Below the pieces are notes generated by a model. That model ran no database searches, was not told the origin of the DNA, and saw nothing but the letters and a program-made list of their open reading frames with translations. Shown here piece after piece: positions 41,933 through 53,076 of a stretch of 64,000 nucleotides of DNA. The DNA is taken from NCBI GenBank assembly GCA_963664195.1, contig OY760907.1, positions 2,624,001-2,688,000 of the forward strand, written 5' to 3'. The first letter of the stretch is position 1. Every line of letters begins with the position of its first letter. The position numbers and the translations under genes were made by a program. This DNA comes from an uncultured candidate division Zixibacteria bacterium (GTDB taxonomy: Bacteria > Zixibacteria > MSB-5A5 > GN15 > FEB-12).

Positions 41933-43021
41933 CTACTTGATATCCGCCGCGCCCTTAAAATCGTCCCACAGTTTCCGGAACTCCATCCATTCCATGAGCG
42001 CCTGGAGGCGATCTCCGACCGTTTCCTTGCGATACATCGACATCAGGGCTGACACGATCTCATCGCCGCCCGGTGCCCGGCCGAAGTGCGTACGGCAGGC
42101 ATCGGCAACCATGTCGAGGTTCTCTTTGGTAGCGATAGTGCGGAAGTCTCCCACGGTATGCACGCCTCGACTGCCCAGTAGCTTCAGAAGTGTATTGACC
42201 TGGAACTGAGAGCAGCGAACGTCAAACTCGGTCAGTACACCGGGCAGATTCTCGGTGTTGATAGGATCGGAGTCGTCGTAATTGGCCTGTACCTGGTAGT
42301 GGGATAGTTGCTCCTGCAGCAGGTTGAAGTGCTCATCAATGGCCGACAGCAGGTTGCTTATGATCTGGAACTGCTTCTTGACCTGCACAGAGGTTTGCTT
42401 GTTCGGTTTGTAGCCGAGCACGTGTTCAACTTCGGCCCAGGTATCCTCCGTCACGGTTCGAAGCTGCAATTCAAACCAGGGGCGGTCCTCTTCGGGAAGG
42501 ACAGACTTTTTCAGGCGAAGCACGTAATGAATCGAGGCGTAGCCGCTGGCCTTCTGGCGACGTTCCATGGTCAATCCGAGATTGTCGTAGATATCCTGGC
42601 CCAGATAAGCAAATGGCGGCTTTTCTTCAGATACTTCAAACAGCCCGCCTTCCTTGATCTCTTTGTCAACGAGAGGGAGGGAAGACAGAAAAAACACTAC
42701 TACACGAACGCCAAGGGCGTCATGCATGTGTTCGAAGTTTTCAGCCAGCGGGCCGTTGCCGTACTGGTTCGGTTTGGCGAAAATCTTGTGCAGTACGGCC
42801 TCCGGGTTTTTGATCCGGGTGCTTATGCGATGGACCGGTGATGGCAACGGGGCAGATTTCCCTCTCGCATACTTGCTCCAGTAGGTCGGCGTCTGCCATT
42901 GTCTGAAAATCCCCTTAAGCTCCTTCTGAGTTGGCTCAAGGCTGTCAAGGGCGTACCTGGTGTACCCGATCAGGAAATCTCTGAGTTCCGTCGATTTCAT
43001 ATATGGTGCTGTCGTACTCAC
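41933..43021 (-). CDS. RelA/SpoT-domain protein (small alarmone synthetase-like) with C-terminal extension
   Basis: RIK..K, DALGVR, GYASIHY, ELQLRT, WAEVEH..YK; no HD hydrolase or TGS/ACT. Confidence 0.8.
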   Translation of the reverse strand: MSTTAPYMKSTELRDFLIGYTRYALDSLEPTQKELKGIFRQWQTPTYWSKYARGKSAPLPSPVHRISTRIKNPEAVLHKIFAKPNQYGNGPLAENFEHMHDALGVRVVVFFLSSLPLVDKEIKEGGLFEVSEEKPPFAYLGQDIYDNLGLTMERRQKASGYASIHYVLRLKKSVLPEEDRPWFELQLRTVTEDTWAEVEHVLGYKPNKQTSVQVKKQFQIISNLLSAIDEHFNLLQEQLSHYQVQANYDDSDPINTENLPGVLTEFDVRCSQFQVNTLLKLLGSRGVHTVGDFRTIATKENLDMVADACRTHFGRAPGGDEIVSALMSMYRKETVGDRLQALMEWMEFRKLWDDFKGAADIK

Positions 43022-43109
43022 TACTACTTGTTACCGGTTGAGGCCAAATGGGTTCCGTGTCAGCCAAGAATTCCGAGAAACGCTGCCAACTTCTCGGCAG
43101 GCGACGCTT

Positions 43110-43646
43110 CTACTTGAATTCCTCCCGTACCATGCTGAACAGAAACACGTCGTGGTATCGATTCTGCTGAAACGATGCCTTCCGGAGACGACCCTCCAAC
43201 GTGAACCCCAGTTTCTCAAGCACTCGCTGCGACGGTTTGTTCTCAAGTCGAGTATGGGCGTACACTCGCTTGAGCTTCAGTTCCTGGAATGCGAACTTCA
43301 GACAAAGGCGGCAGGCCTCGGGCATGATACCGTTGCCCCAGTGAGGTTTGGCAAGCCAGTAGCCTATCTCACCGTTTCTGTCGCGGGCATTCAAATGCAT
43401 CAATCCGATCATGCCGATGATTTTGCCCGTTTCCGGATGCTCAAGGCCGAAGTTACGGTTCGAATGGCCTCGCCACCACTTCTGGTCCAGTCTGATGAAG
43501 TCGTACGCATCCTGGAGGCCGTACGGATATGGAATGTACATGTATCGACTGATCAGACGGTCTTTGGCCCAACGAGCAATATCTTCAGCGTCCTTTTTCG
43601 TTACTCGCCGAAGATTGACTTGTTTGCCTTCATACCGGGTAATCAT
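43110..43646 (-). CDS. RimJ/RimL GNAT acetyltransferase
   Basis: EIGYWL, WGNG, NKPSQRVLEKLGF. Confidence 0.85.
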   Translation of the reverse strand: MITRYEGKQVNLRRVTKKDAEDIARWAKDRLISRYMYIPYPYGLQDAYDFIRLDQKWWRGHSNRNFGLEHPETGKIIGMIGLMHLNARDRNGEIGYWLAKPHWGNGIMPEACRLCLKFAFQELKLKRVYAHTRLENKPSQRVLEKLGFTLEGRLRKASFQQNRYHDVFLFSMVREEFK

Positions 43647-43682
43647 AGTAGCCTGTTTTTACGAAACAATATGAGAAGCGTT

Positions 43683-44570
43683 TCAGAAGTTTTTCTGTGC
43701 GGTCACCTTGCATATAATGATCTCAACATGTACGCGACACTTCCTGGCCGCCTCAGCCACCAATCCCTTCGTCCCCAGCTGGCGTCGCCCCGTCTCAACG
43801 TATTCACCGGCCTCGAATCCGACTGACTTCAGCAGTTTCTGATAGCTGACGCCAAAGGCCGGGTAGTTCGACTTAATCTTCTCGCGCGTATCTCGGGGAA
43901 ACTTGCGGAACACGCTCGGATCAGGGCGCGCATCGAGCATCAACAGCCAGCCGCCAGGTTTCAGGACCCGGTGCGCTTCCTGCAGCGCAGGATCGTTGGC
44001 CGCAGTATTGGAGTAGCCGCCAAAAGTCATTACGGCGCTTACCGAATCATCTCTGAGGGGCAGCGACGCAGGATTCATCTGTGCAAAACTGACGTTCCCC
44101 CACTTGTGCTCGTCTGCAAATCGGCGCCATTCACGCAGTACCCATCTTCCCTGATCAGTCATTAATAGACAGGCGTCCGGATACTTCCTGAGCGCCATCG
44201 GGGCGAATCCGCCGCCGTGTCCGCAGGAGACTTCGAGTATGCAGCCGCCCTGACCGGCGACTTTGTCTATCTCCTGGTCGAACTGCTTGAGATGCAAGGG
44301 ATTGTTCATCACGTTGTCGTAGTTGGTCTGAATCAGCTCAGATGGAGTGCGGCCAATTCGCTTGAAGTACGCCTCGACTTTTTCATCGCCGCCCCACGGA
44401 TCGTTTTCGGCTCCGGCGAACAGCGGGATCCCGGCCTCAACCTCGATTGTCTTGTCGTCAGCACCAGAGGTCAGTCTCCCGGCAGTCCAGCGGTCGCTTT
44501 CGGTGTCGCCCTCGTACGCAAATGGTTTGCCGTCTGGCGATACCAGTATATCCTGAAAATCTTTGTGCAT
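43683..44570 (-). CDS. Class I SAM-dependent methyltransferase
   Basis: LEVSCGHG, LPLRDDS, HRVLKPGG; Trm112-like N-terminus. Confidence 0.75.
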   Translation of the reverse strand: MHKDFQDILVSPDGKPFAYEGDTESDRWTAGRLTSGADDKTIEVEAGIPLFAGAENDPWGGDEKVEAYFKRIGRTPSELIQTNYDNVMNNPLHLKQFDQEIDKVAGQGGCILEVSCGHGGGFAPMALRKYPDACLLMTDQGRWVLREWRRFADEHKWGNVSFAQMNPASLPLRDDSVSAVMTFGGYSNTAANDPALQEAHRVLKPGGWLLMLDARPDPSVFRKFPRDTREKIKSNYPAFGVSYQKLLKSVGFEAGEYVETGRRQLGTKGLVAEAARKCRVHVEIIICKVTAQKNF

Positions 44571-44689
44571 GTTATCCCTTGCTGAGCTTGCGGGGGAGGG
44601 GCCGCTTTGGCACTCCCTGCGCCGCCTTCTGTCTGTCTTGTCATGTAGTATAGTCTGAGGCCACGTGTCCCACAAGTGCAAACAGGGGT

Positions 44690-44718
44690 TTGACTAACCT
44701 CGATCCGCTACCTATATT
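44690..44718 (+). promoter_or_regulatory. Putative sigma70 promoter of hutU
   Basis: ttgact-N17-tatatt. Confidence 0.6.
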
Positions 44719-44752
44719 CCCGCAGATTTGCTGAAATGAAGAGGAGATGATT

Positions 44753-46411
44753 ATGCCACCAAAAATCATAAAAGCCAAGCACGGCCTTAAACTGTCATGC
44801 AAGGGATGGCATCAGGAAGCCGCCCTCAGAATGCTCAATAACAACCTCGATGCGGAAGTTGCCGAAAAACCGAAAGAACTCATTATATATGGTGGTTCCG
44901 GCAAGGCGGCCCGCAACTGGGATTGCTACGACGCTATCGTGAAGTCTCTCAAATCGCTCGAGAACGACGAGACGCTGCTGGTCCAGTCCGGAAAGCCGGT
45001 CGGGATTTTCCGTACTCATGATTATGCTCCTCGCGTCCTCATAGCCAACTCCCATCTCGTGCCAAAATGGTCCAACTGGGACCGCTTCCGCGAGTTCGAA
45101 GACCTCGGTCTTATCATGTTCGGCCAGATGACCGCCGGAAGTTGGATTTATATCGGCTCGCAGGGAATCATCCAGGGGACGTACGAAACGTTTGCCGCTA
45201 TCGCCGACAAGCATTTTGGCGGCGACCTTACCGGAAAGTGGATCCTCACCGGCGGTATGGGCGGTATGGGCGGCGCCCAGCCTCTCGCCGGGACGATGGC
45301 CGGTGCCTCGATTCTGACGGTCGAAGTCGACGAAGCCCGTATCAACCGTCGGGTGAAGATCGGCTTCTGCGATGTCAAAGTGAAGTCGCTGGATAGAGCG
45401 ATGCAGTTGATTGAAAAACACAAGAAGTCCGGTGTGCCGATCTCTATCGGTCTGGTCGGCAATGCGGCCGACATCTTTCCGGAAATCTACCGTCGCGGCA
45501 TTTGCCCGGATATTGTCACCGATCAGACTTCTGCCCATGACGAACTCAACGGTTACGTGCCGACCGGCCTGAACATGACCCAGGCTAAAGCGCTCCGCAA
45601 GAAAGATCCGAAGGGATATATCAGGCGTTCCTACAAGTCCATGGTCAAGCATTGCGAAGCCATGATCAACCTGCAGAAGGCTGGCGCGATTACGTTTGAC
45701 TACGGTAACAACCTTCGCGGTCAGGCCGAGGCTGGCGGTCTCAAGAACGCCTTTGCATTCCCCGGATTCGTCCCCGCGTACGTCCGCCCGTTGTTCTGCG
45801 AAGGGCGTGGTCCGTTCCGCTGGGCTGCGCTGTCCGGTAACCCGAAGGATATCGCCGTGACCGACAAGATCGTCCTGGACCGTTTCAAGGACAATCAGTC
45901 GCTGGTGCGCTGGATCAACAAAGCGCGGGAGCGGATTCCCTTCCAGGGCCTGCCGTCACGTGTCTGCTGGCTTGGCTACGGTGAACGTGCCGAGTTTGCT
46001 GACATTATGAACAACTATATTAAGAAGGGTAAGATCTCCGGCCCGGTTGTTATCGGCCGTGACCATCTTGATTGCGGTTCTGTCGCCTCACCGTACCGCG
46101 AAACCGAAGGGATGCTCGACGGTTCCGACGCTATCGCCGACTGGCCGCTGCTGAACGGCCTGCTGAACGCGGTTTCCGGAGCAAGCTGGGTCTCTATCCA
46201 CAACGGCGGCGGCGTAGGAATCGGTCTGGCGACACACGCCGGCATGGTGATTGTGGCTGACGGTTCCAAGGAAATGGGCAAGCGGCTTAACCGGGTTCTG
46301 ACAAATGATCCCGGTACGGGTATCATGCGTCACGTCGATGCCGGGTATCCCGATGCTAAAACGTTCGCGCGGAAGCACGGCGTCAAGATTCCGATGATGA
46401 AGAAACGCTAG
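44753..46411 (+). CDS. hutU: Urocanate hydratase
   Basis: [28 protein letters not shown]. Confidence 0.96.
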   Translation: MPPKIIKAKHGLKLSCKGWHQEAALRMLNNNLDAEVAEKPKELIIYGGSGKAARNWDCYDAIVKSLKSLENDETLLVQSGKPVGIFRTHDYAPRVLIANSHLVPKWSNWDRFREFEDLGLIMFGQMTAGSWIYIGSQGIIQGTYETFAAIADKHFGGDLTGKWILTGGMGGMGGAQPLAGTMAGASILTVEVDEARINRRVKIGFCDVKVKSLDRAMQLIEKHKKSGVPISIGLVGNAADIFPEIYRRGICPDIVTDQTSAHDELNGYVPTGLNMTQAKALRKKDPKGYIRRSYKSMVKHCEAMINLQKAGAITFDYGNNLRGQAEAGGLKNAFAFPGFVPAYVRPLFCEGRGPFRWAALSGNPKDIAVTDKIVLDRFKDNQSLVRWINKARERIPFQGLPSRVCWLGYGERAEFADIMNNYIKKGKISGPVVIGRDHLDCGSVASPYRETEGMLDGSDAIADWPLLNGLLNAVSGASWVSIHNGGGVGIGLATHAGMVIVADGSKEMGKRLNRVLTNDPGTGIMRHVDAGYPDAKTFARKHGVKIPMMKKR

Positions 46412-46571
46412 GCCACTCCCGGGAGAAGCCTGAAACGATAAATGCATGTTGAATCCGAGCCGGATCGGTCGCGCACCGGTCCGGCATTTGTCTCTTGTGA
46501 CGGAGTCGGTCACAGTCGGCCCAGACGGAGATTGTGATTGACCACCGATTGACGAAGAGTATATTTGCATT

Positions 46572-47840
46572 ATGCCACGTGAAAAGAAAGCTACAGTTCT
46601 AGTAAAGAATATAGGCCACCTGGTGACCATGGCCGGTCCTGCTCCGAGGTTGGGCAAGGCCATGAACGATCTCGGTCTGATTGAAAACGGTGCGGTGGCA
46701 ATTGCCGGCGAGGAAATCCTCGCAGTGGGCGACTCCACAGATTTAGAGGGGAGAGTCCCCTTGGCCGAGGCCTGTCAGGTGATCGACGCCGCCGGCGCTG
46801 TTGTCACGCCGGGGCTGATCGACCCGCACACCCATCCGGTATTCGCCCGCACCCGCGAAAAGGAGTTCGAGATGCGGGCGCAGGGCAAGACCTACATGGA
46901 GATCGCCAACGCCGGTGGCGGCATTAGATCATCGGTGCGGGACCTGCGCGAATCGTCGGCGTTGCACCTTCGCCAGAACATGACCAAACGGCTCGATGCC
47001 CTGATGGCCCACGGTGTGACCACAATCGAGGCCAAGTCCGGCTACGGATTGTCACTGGAATCTGAGATCAAGTCTCTCGAAGTAATTCGCGACGTCAATG
47101 ACGTTCATCCGATGGATGTCGTCGCCACCTTCCTCGGAGCCCATGAGGTCCCGGACGAATACCGTGACAAGCGCGGGGACTACATCAATCTGGTCATCAA
47201 CGAAATGATCCCGGCAGTTGCCAAAGGTAAACTCGCCGAGTTTTGTGACATCTTCTGTGAAGAGGGCGTGTTCACCGTGGAGGATTCCAGACGCATCATG
47301 CAGGCGGCCAAAGATGTTGGGTTGAAGCTCAAGTTCCACGCCGATGAACTGGCCTCAACCGGAGGTGCTGAACTGGCCGCGGAGCTGGGCGCGGTGTCGG
47401 CCGACCATCTCGGCTACATCTCGGACAAAGGTATTAAGGATATGGCCAGATCCGGCACCGTAGCCGTGCTGTTGCCGGGTACAACCTTCTCGCTCATGGG
47501 CAAGCAATATGCTCCCGCACGGAAGATGATCGAAAAGGGAGTTGCGGTTGCGCTCTCGACCGACTGTAATCCTGGCTCAAGTTTCACCGAGTCGCTGGCT
47601 ATGATCGTCACTCTGGCCGTACTCCAGATGAAAATGACTGCCGCCGAGGCGATTTCTGCAGTAACGGTCAACGCTGCTGCGGCCATTGACCGCGCTGGAC
47701 AAATCGGGCAGCTTGAGGTTGGCAAACAGGCCGATCTTGCTCTCTGGGATATGGCGGACTATCGGGAATTGCCTTACCACTACGGTGTGAACCTTGTTTC
47801 CAAGGTCATAAAACGCGGCAAGGTGATGGGCAATCATTGA
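46572..47840 (+). CDS. hutI: Imidazolonepropionase
   Basis: DPHTH, EAKSGYG, FLGAH, HADE, SADHL, TDCNPG. Confidence 0.94.
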   Translation: MPREKKATVLVKNIGHLVTMAGPAPRLGKAMNDLGLIENGAVAIAGEEILAVGDSTDLEGRVPLAEACQVIDAAGAVVTPGLIDPHTHPVFARTREKEFEMRAQGKTYMEIANAGGGIRSSVRDLRESSALHLRQNMTKRLDALMAHGVTTIEAKSGYGLSLESEIKSLEVIRDVNDVHPMDVVATFLGAHEVPDEYRDKRGDYINLVINEMIPAVAKGKLAEFCDIFCEEGVFTVEDSRRIMQAAKDVGLKLKFHADELASTGGAELAAELGAVSADHLGYISDKGIKDMARSGTVAVLLPGTTFSLMGKQYAPARKMIEKGVAVALSTDCNPGSSFTESLAMIVTLAVLQMKMTAAEAISAVTVNAAAAIDRAGQIGQLEVGKQADLALWDMADYRELPYHYGVNLVSKVIKRGKVMGNH

Positions 47841-47888
47841 TTGCGTTGGAACGGAGCCTCGGTCCGTGCGTTTAAGAGAACAGGGCAG

Positions 47889-48383
47889 ATGATACGCAAT
47901 TCAGTACTTTTCTCGCTTCTGATTGTCTTTGGACTCAGCCTCACCGGCTGTGGTGTCTATACGTTCAATCCGCGGGGTCAATCGGACTACAATTCGATTG
48001 CAATTGAACCGTTTGAGAACAAGACTTCAGAGTACGGTCTGGCCGAACGGATCACTGAGACTGTCGTGGATGCCTTCATCGCTGACGGGAGTGTCAAGAT
48101 TGTTCCGGTTGAAGGAGCCGATGCGATTCTGACGGGGGTCCTCACGGGCTACAGTCGCGCATTTGAGAAGTATAACGAGAGCGATCAAGTTGAAGAGTAT
48201 AAGATTGTGATGGAGTTTGAGATAACCCTCAAAAACCCCGACGATCAGACCGATATCTGGAGTGAGCGGATGGTGCAGGAAGGCGTGTACAATGCTGCCG
48301 ACGAGGCCGAGGAAGACGGCCAGCGAAGAGCAAGCGAGCGCCTTGTGGATGCCGTTCTGAACAAGACTACGAAATCATGGTGA
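47889..48383 (+). CDS. LptE-like lipoprotein
   Basis: Lipobox LTG-C, YTF, IAIEPFEN, C-terminal W. Confidence 0.7.
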   Translation: MIRNSVLFSLLIVFGLSLTGCGVYTFNPRGQSDYNSIAIEPFENKTSEYGLAERITETVVDAFIADGSVKIVPVEGADAILTGVLTGYSRAFEKYNESDQVEEYKIVMEFEITLKNPDDQTDIWSERMVQEGVYNAADEAEEDGQRRASERLVDAVLNKTTKSW

Positions 48384-48450
48384 GACCTAAAAACTGACTG
48401 CTGGTATCGGTTGGCCCGATCCGGCAGCACACAGCCTGGAACTCTTGTGT

Positions 48451-49407
48451 ATGATTAAGCAGCGAATTTTGCGGACGGTCACGCTGGCAGCCTTCTGTCT
48501 CTGCACGGCAGCTATTCCGGCTATTGCCGGGGATATCAATGCCAACGCCGGCACAAGCGCGTTTTCATTTCTGAAGATCAACATCGGCGCTCGTCCGGTG
48601 GCGATGGGGGGGGCTTTCACAGGTGTGGCCGACGATGAATCCTCGTTATATTACAACCCTGCCGGGATCACTTCGTTTGATCAGTCCCGGTATATTCTTG
48701 GCTATCACAATTACTTTGACGATCTCCAGTCGGGCTTTGTGGGCTACGTCAAGCCTCTCGATGATCAGAAGACGCTGGCGTTTTATGCCAGCTATCTTAA
48801 CTACGGAGATTTCCCCGAAACCGATATGCTCGGCAATGTCACCGGCACTTTTGGCGGCGGCGACATGCTTCTTGCCGCTACCTTCGCGATAAGACAGACC
48901 CATCAGTTCAGTGTTGGCATTACCGGGAAGTTCATTCACGAGAAAATACAGGACTACTCTGCGAGTGGAGTGGCCTTTGACCTCGGTGTCAAATACACCT
49001 CGGATAGAGGCAGGTTTACCGGCGGGTTGATGCTCCAGAATTTTGGCACACAGTTGTCAACCTTTGCCGCCGAAGAAAAAGATGGTCTTCCGACCGTGCT
49101 CCGCGGAGGCGTGTCTGTCCGCCCGAGGCACCTTCCGTTTGTGTTTGCCGGCGATGTCATCATGCCGTTTGACAATGACCTCGACATTGCGCTCGGCGCC
49201 GAGTACCGCGAACTGCAATACCTGTTCCTCAGGGTCGGATGGAACAGTTTCGGCTCTAACTACAAAACCGCCGATTCCGACGCCGGACTGGCCGGACTCG
49301 CTATGGGGATCGGGATCAAGCTGAAATCGATGGAAGCGTCATATGCCTTTGCACCGGGGGCTGATCTCGGAGACAGTCACAGAATCACTCTGACGGGAGG
49401 AATCTAA
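48451..49407 (+). CDS. PorV/PorQ-like outer membrane protein
   Basis: FLKINIGARPVAMGGAF, YYNPAG, LGDSHRITL. Confidence 0.78.
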   Translation: MIKQRILRTVTLAAFCLCTAAIPAIAGDINANAGTSAFSFLKINIGARPVAMGGAFTGVADDESSLYYNPAGITSFDQSRYILGYHNYFDDLQSGFVGYVKPLDDQKTLAFYASYLNYGDFPETDMLGNVTGTFGGGDMLLAATFAIRQTHQFSVGITGKFIHEKIQDYSASGVAFDLGVKYTSDRGRFTGGLMLQNFGTQLSTFAAEEKDGLPTVLRGGVSVRPRHLPFVFAGDVIMPFDNDLDIALGAEYRELQYLFLRVGWNSFGSNYKTADSDAGLAGLAMGIGIKLKSMEASYAFAPGADLGDSHRITLTGGI

Positions 49408-49410
49408 GAT

Positions 49411-49881
49411 ATGGAAATCAGGTTTCGCTACTTGCTTTTTGTCGTTTTGCTGGTTGCCGCAGCCACGTTGCTGGGGGCCTGTGGCAGCGATACCGCCGGG
49501 GACGATCCCAAGAAGACGGTGATTTCTTTGTTTGGCGCCATGGAGAAAGACGACAAGGCCGCTCTGGCCCATATTCTGGATCTGGCCGAACTCATGAAGA
49601 GCACTGACTCGGACTACTCTACTCAGACCGATAACCCGCGTACGTTCACCAGTCCGCAGCAGATTCTCGACGATCTGACCGGCGACGGCAAGACCAAAAC
49701 AAACTGGTTCCGTCTGCAGCGAATCGTCAACAAGGCTCAGATCATGGGGGAAACGGCGACCGTCGAAGTGACCTTTGTGGATAAGGCGGCCTCGAAAGGG
49801 TACCGTACGAAATTCGGCCTGCACCTGAAACAGGGCAAGTGGCGGATTTACTCGTTCAAAACAGAGATCCAGGGCGAATAG
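49411..49881 (+). CDS. Hypothetical lipoprotein
   Basis: Lipobox LGA-C; GKWRI terminal strand. Confidence 0.7.
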   Translation: MEIRFRYLLFVVLLVAAATLLGACGSDTAGDDPKKTVISLFGAMEKDDKAALAHILDLAELMKSTDSDYSTQTDNPRTFTSPQQILDDLTGDGKTKTNWFRLQRIVNKAQIMGETATVEVTFVDKAASKGYRTKFGLHLKQGKWRIYSFKTEIQGE

Positions 49882-49894
49882 CCCCGGATCTGTC

Positions 49895-50860
49895 TCATTT
49901 CGCTTTTTCGCTATCTCCGAGGAGTCGGATGAAGGCGACAAGAACTTCGCAGTCGAATTTGCCCTTCAAGTTTTTCATCTCGGCCAGGACATCAAACGGT
50001 CTGCGGGTCATGCCGCCGAGGTTGTCGTGGACGGCCTCATCATAGTGATCGCATATGGCGACGATTCTGCCCATCAAGCCGATTTCGGCATCCTTCAGAC
50101 TCTGGGGAAAACCGGAACCATCGAGTCGCTCCTGGTGCTCCACTACCGGTCGAAGCGCTCCCCTTGGAACGATGTTGGTGTTTTCAAGCATGTCTCTTCC
50201 CACCAGCGGATATTTGGCCAGGCGAGGATTGTCGCTGATCTGTCGAAGGGCGGGCTGGTAGTAATAGTCTCGCTCGATAATCGTCTTGCCGATTTCGTGT
50301 AACAGAGCGCCGGTGCCCAGTTCATGTAACTCAGTCGGATCGGTCAACTTGCACTTGAGACCGAGCAGCATCGAGAGATTCCCGACGCTGATCGCATGAG
50401 CTATCGGAAACGGCGCCTGGGGGCGGCAGCCGGCCATGCCGTTCTGAGCTTCTCTGCCTTTCACGGCCAGCGTGACATGGTTTTCGCACTGCTCAACGAC
50501 TCCCCTGATTTCTGTTGGCGACATCGGATTCGAAAGCACGCGCCCGAGGATGTTAACCGAGGTCGCTGATAGCATCTTCAACTTGTTCTCTATCGGGATG
50601 GTCTCGTCTTCCAGCAGCCGGGGCAGATTCTTACGCAGATGATCGAACATCGCGTTCTGTTGCGTGTCCGGGATATACAGAAAGTCGTTTCCGTGTTCCA
50701 GTAGATAGTCGAGATCTTCCTTGGAAAACGGATAGTTCCGGTCCCGGTACAGCTTCAGCGTTCCGCCGCTGTCCTGATACAAGTCGAATTCAAGCAAGCT
50801 GTCCACCGTGATTGTCTCAGAGCGAATCGGCGTGTAATCAGCAAACTCTTTGGGCTTCAA
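49895..50860 (-). CDS. HD-GYP domain protein, degenerate
   Basis: LLHEIGK, HQERLDGSGFP, RIVAICD. Confidence 0.75.
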   Translation of the reverse strand: MKPKEFADYTPIRSETITVDSLLEFDLYQDSGGTLKLYRDRNYPFSKEDLDYLLEHGNDFLYIPDTQQNAMFDHLRKNLPRLLEDETIPIENKLKMLSATSVNILGRVLSNPMSPTEIRGVVEQCENHVTLAVKGREAQNGMAGCRPQAPFPIAHAISVGNLSMLLGLKCKLTDPTELHELGTGALLHEIGKTIIERDYYYQPALRQISDNPRLAKYPLVGRDMLENTNIVPRGALRPVVEHQERLDGSGFPQSLKDAEIGLMGRIVAICDHYDEAVHDNLGGMTRRPFDVLAEMKNLKGKFDCEVLVAFIRLLGDSEKAK

Positions 50861-51237
50861 GTATCCTCGCTTCTCCCCACCCCTGCGGATTAGTCGAAAG
50901 CCAGCGTCCAGTCATGTTGTAATGTGTGTAATTGCGGTACGTGGCAGTGCTTCTATGTACATGGTTGTCGGAGTCTATCTCGAAAACTTCACCGGCTTCG
51001 CGAAACCGTGGGGTGATTGGACCATTTATGCACAGCCTCTTCTACTGCGACTCAACCTCCCCGTTCAGCGTTGCTCGAAAGCCTCTGAGCGAGCACCCGT
51101 GCCCCTCGTTGACGGCTATTGACTTCACTGTTGGAAACCTGTACTTTTCACCGTGGAATGATCCCTTTGACTCGGCTCTCAATATTCGGTGATTTCTACC
51201 GATAAATGTATAGATTGCAGGAGGTTAAGACACACTA

Positions 51238-53064
51238 TTGGCTACTTACGCAGAACTCAAGAGAACCCATTCCTGTGGCCAGCTTCGCCAATCCGACGTT
51301 GACACCAGAGTTGTCCTCAACGGTTGGGTCAAAGGCGACCGGCACCTCGGCGGGCTCCTGTTTATAGATATTCGCGACCGCTATGGTGTTACCCAGGTGG
51401 TTATTAATCCGCAGGATTTTGACGAGACTATGCTTGCCGAGGCGGAACGCAGCCGCTCGGAGTTTGTTGTGGCTGTCATCGGCAGAGTTCAGCTGCGTCC
51501 GGAAGGGACGATAAACCCCAGGCTTGACACCGGCGAAATCGAGGTCGTGGCCGAGCAATTCCACATTCTGGCGGAATCAAAAACGCCTCCCTTTGAGATT
51601 GTCGATGACACCAATGCCAAAGACGTCCTGAAGCTGGAGTATCGGTATCTGGACCTGCGTCGAAACCCGCTTCAGGAAGCACTCAAGTTTCGTCACAAAG
51701 CCACGATGATCATTCGCAATTATATGAGCGATGCCGGGTTCCTTGATATAGAGACTCCGTTATTGATCCGGTCCACGCCGGAAGGCGCCCGCGACTACGT
51801 AGTGCCAAGCCGTGTTTATCCGGGCAAGTTTTACGCCCTACCACAGTCGCCTCAGTTGCTCAAGCAGATTCTGATGATCTCCGGGTTCGACAAGTACTTC
51901 CAGCTTGCCCGATGCCTGCGTGATGAAGACCTGCGATCCGACCGCCAGCCGGAACATACTCAGCTCGATATGGAAATGTCCTTTGTGACGCCGGAAGATG
52001 TCTGGGAAGTGATTGAGGGTCTGATGACGAAGCTGTTCAAAGACGTCCTCAAGGTCGATATCGAGACGCCGTTCCCGCGCGTTGACTATCATGAGTGTAT
52101 GACAAGATGGGGCATTGACAAACCGGACCTTCGATTTGGTATGGAAATCATCGATCTTTCCGATGTCGTCCGTGACTGCGAATTCAAGGTATTCTCCGAC
52201 AACGTCAAAAACGGCGGTGTTGTCAAAGGTATCGTCCTTGAGGGCGGCGGATCGTATTCCCGCAAACAAATCGACGAACTGACCAATGTCGCCAAAGACC
52301 ACGGTGCTGGCGGACTGGCGTACATTCTTCGCGCCCAGGCGGGGGATAAGTCGCCGATCCTGAAATTCATCGGTGAATCGATCAAGGACCAGTTGGTGAA
52401 TACCGCCGGTGCCAAACCGGGTGACGCTCTTCTGATTGTTTCCGACCGCTCGTACAAAGCGGAAGAAATCCTGGGGCAGCTTCGCCTGCACCTCGGACGT
52501 CAACACGATTTGATAGACAAAAGCAAGTTTAAGTTCCTCTGGGTGACGGACTTCCCGCTGTTTGATTATAATGCAGATGCCGGTCGGTTCGAGGCGATGC
52601 ACAACATAGTGTCGCATCCCCACGAAGACGACATGAGCATGATAGACGAAGGGCTTTCCTGTGAGCTGCCGGGAACGGATATCAATCATCCGTGGCGGAA
52701 GGCGCGTGCTTCCCAGTACGATCTGGTGATCAACGGTTGGGAAATGGCCTCCGGGGGCCAGCGAATCAATAGGCGCGAGTTGCAGGAGAAAGTGCTGGCA
52801 GTGCTGGGTATCGACGCAGGACGGGCAGATCGGATGTTCGGGTTCCTTCTGCGGGCGCTTGAATACGGTGCACCGCCGCATGCCGGGATCGCTATCGGGA
52901 TTGACCGGCTGGTGTCGTTGATGCTCGGTCGGGACAGTATTCGCGATGTTATCGCGTTCCCGAAAACAGCTAATGCAACTTCGCTCATGGACGCCGCTCC
53001 GTCGTATATTGAGCAGGATCAGCTTGATGAACTGGGATTGCAGACCGTAAAGAAAAAGAAGTGA
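51238..53064 (+). CDS. aspS: Aspartate-tRNA ligase
   Basis: RTHSCG, YRYLDLR, STPEGARD, LPQSPQ, YGAPPHAG. Confidence 0.96.
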   Translation: MATYAELKRTHSCGQLRQSDVDTRVVLNGWVKGDRHLGGLLFIDIRDRYGVTQVVINPQDFDETMLAEAERSRSEFVVAVIGRVQLRPEGTINPRLDTGEIEVVAEQFHILAESKTPPFEIVDDTNAKDVLKLEYRYLDLRRNPLQEALKFRHKATMIIRNYMSDAGFLDIETPLLIRSTPEGARDYVVPSRVYPGKFYALPQSPQLLKQILMISGFDKYFQLARCLRDEDLRSDRQPEHTQLDMEMSFVTPEDVWEVIEGLMTKLFKDVLKVDIETPFPRVDYHECMTRWGIDKPDLRFGMEIIDLSDVVRDCEFKVFSDNVKNGGVVKGIVLEGGGSYSRKQIDELTNVAKDHGAGGLAYILRAQAGDKSPILKFIGESIKDQLVNTAGAKPGDALLIVSDRSYKAEEILGQLRLHLGRQHDLIDKSKFKFLWVTDFPLFDYNADAGRFEAMHNIVSHPHEDDMSMIDEGLSCELPGTDINHPWRKARASQYDLVINGWEMASGGQRINRRELQEKVLAVLGIDAGRADRMFGFLLRALEYGAPPHAGIAIGIDRLVSLMLGRDSIRDVIAFPKTANATSLMDAAPSYIEQDQLDELGLQTVKKKK

Positions 53065-53076
53065 CCCTGGATACCT

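Noticed and set aside
44608..44622. Sigma54 site TGGCAC..GC upstream of hutU
   Set aside because: Spacing fits but the -12 lacks TTGC, and a good sigma70 promoter lies closer.
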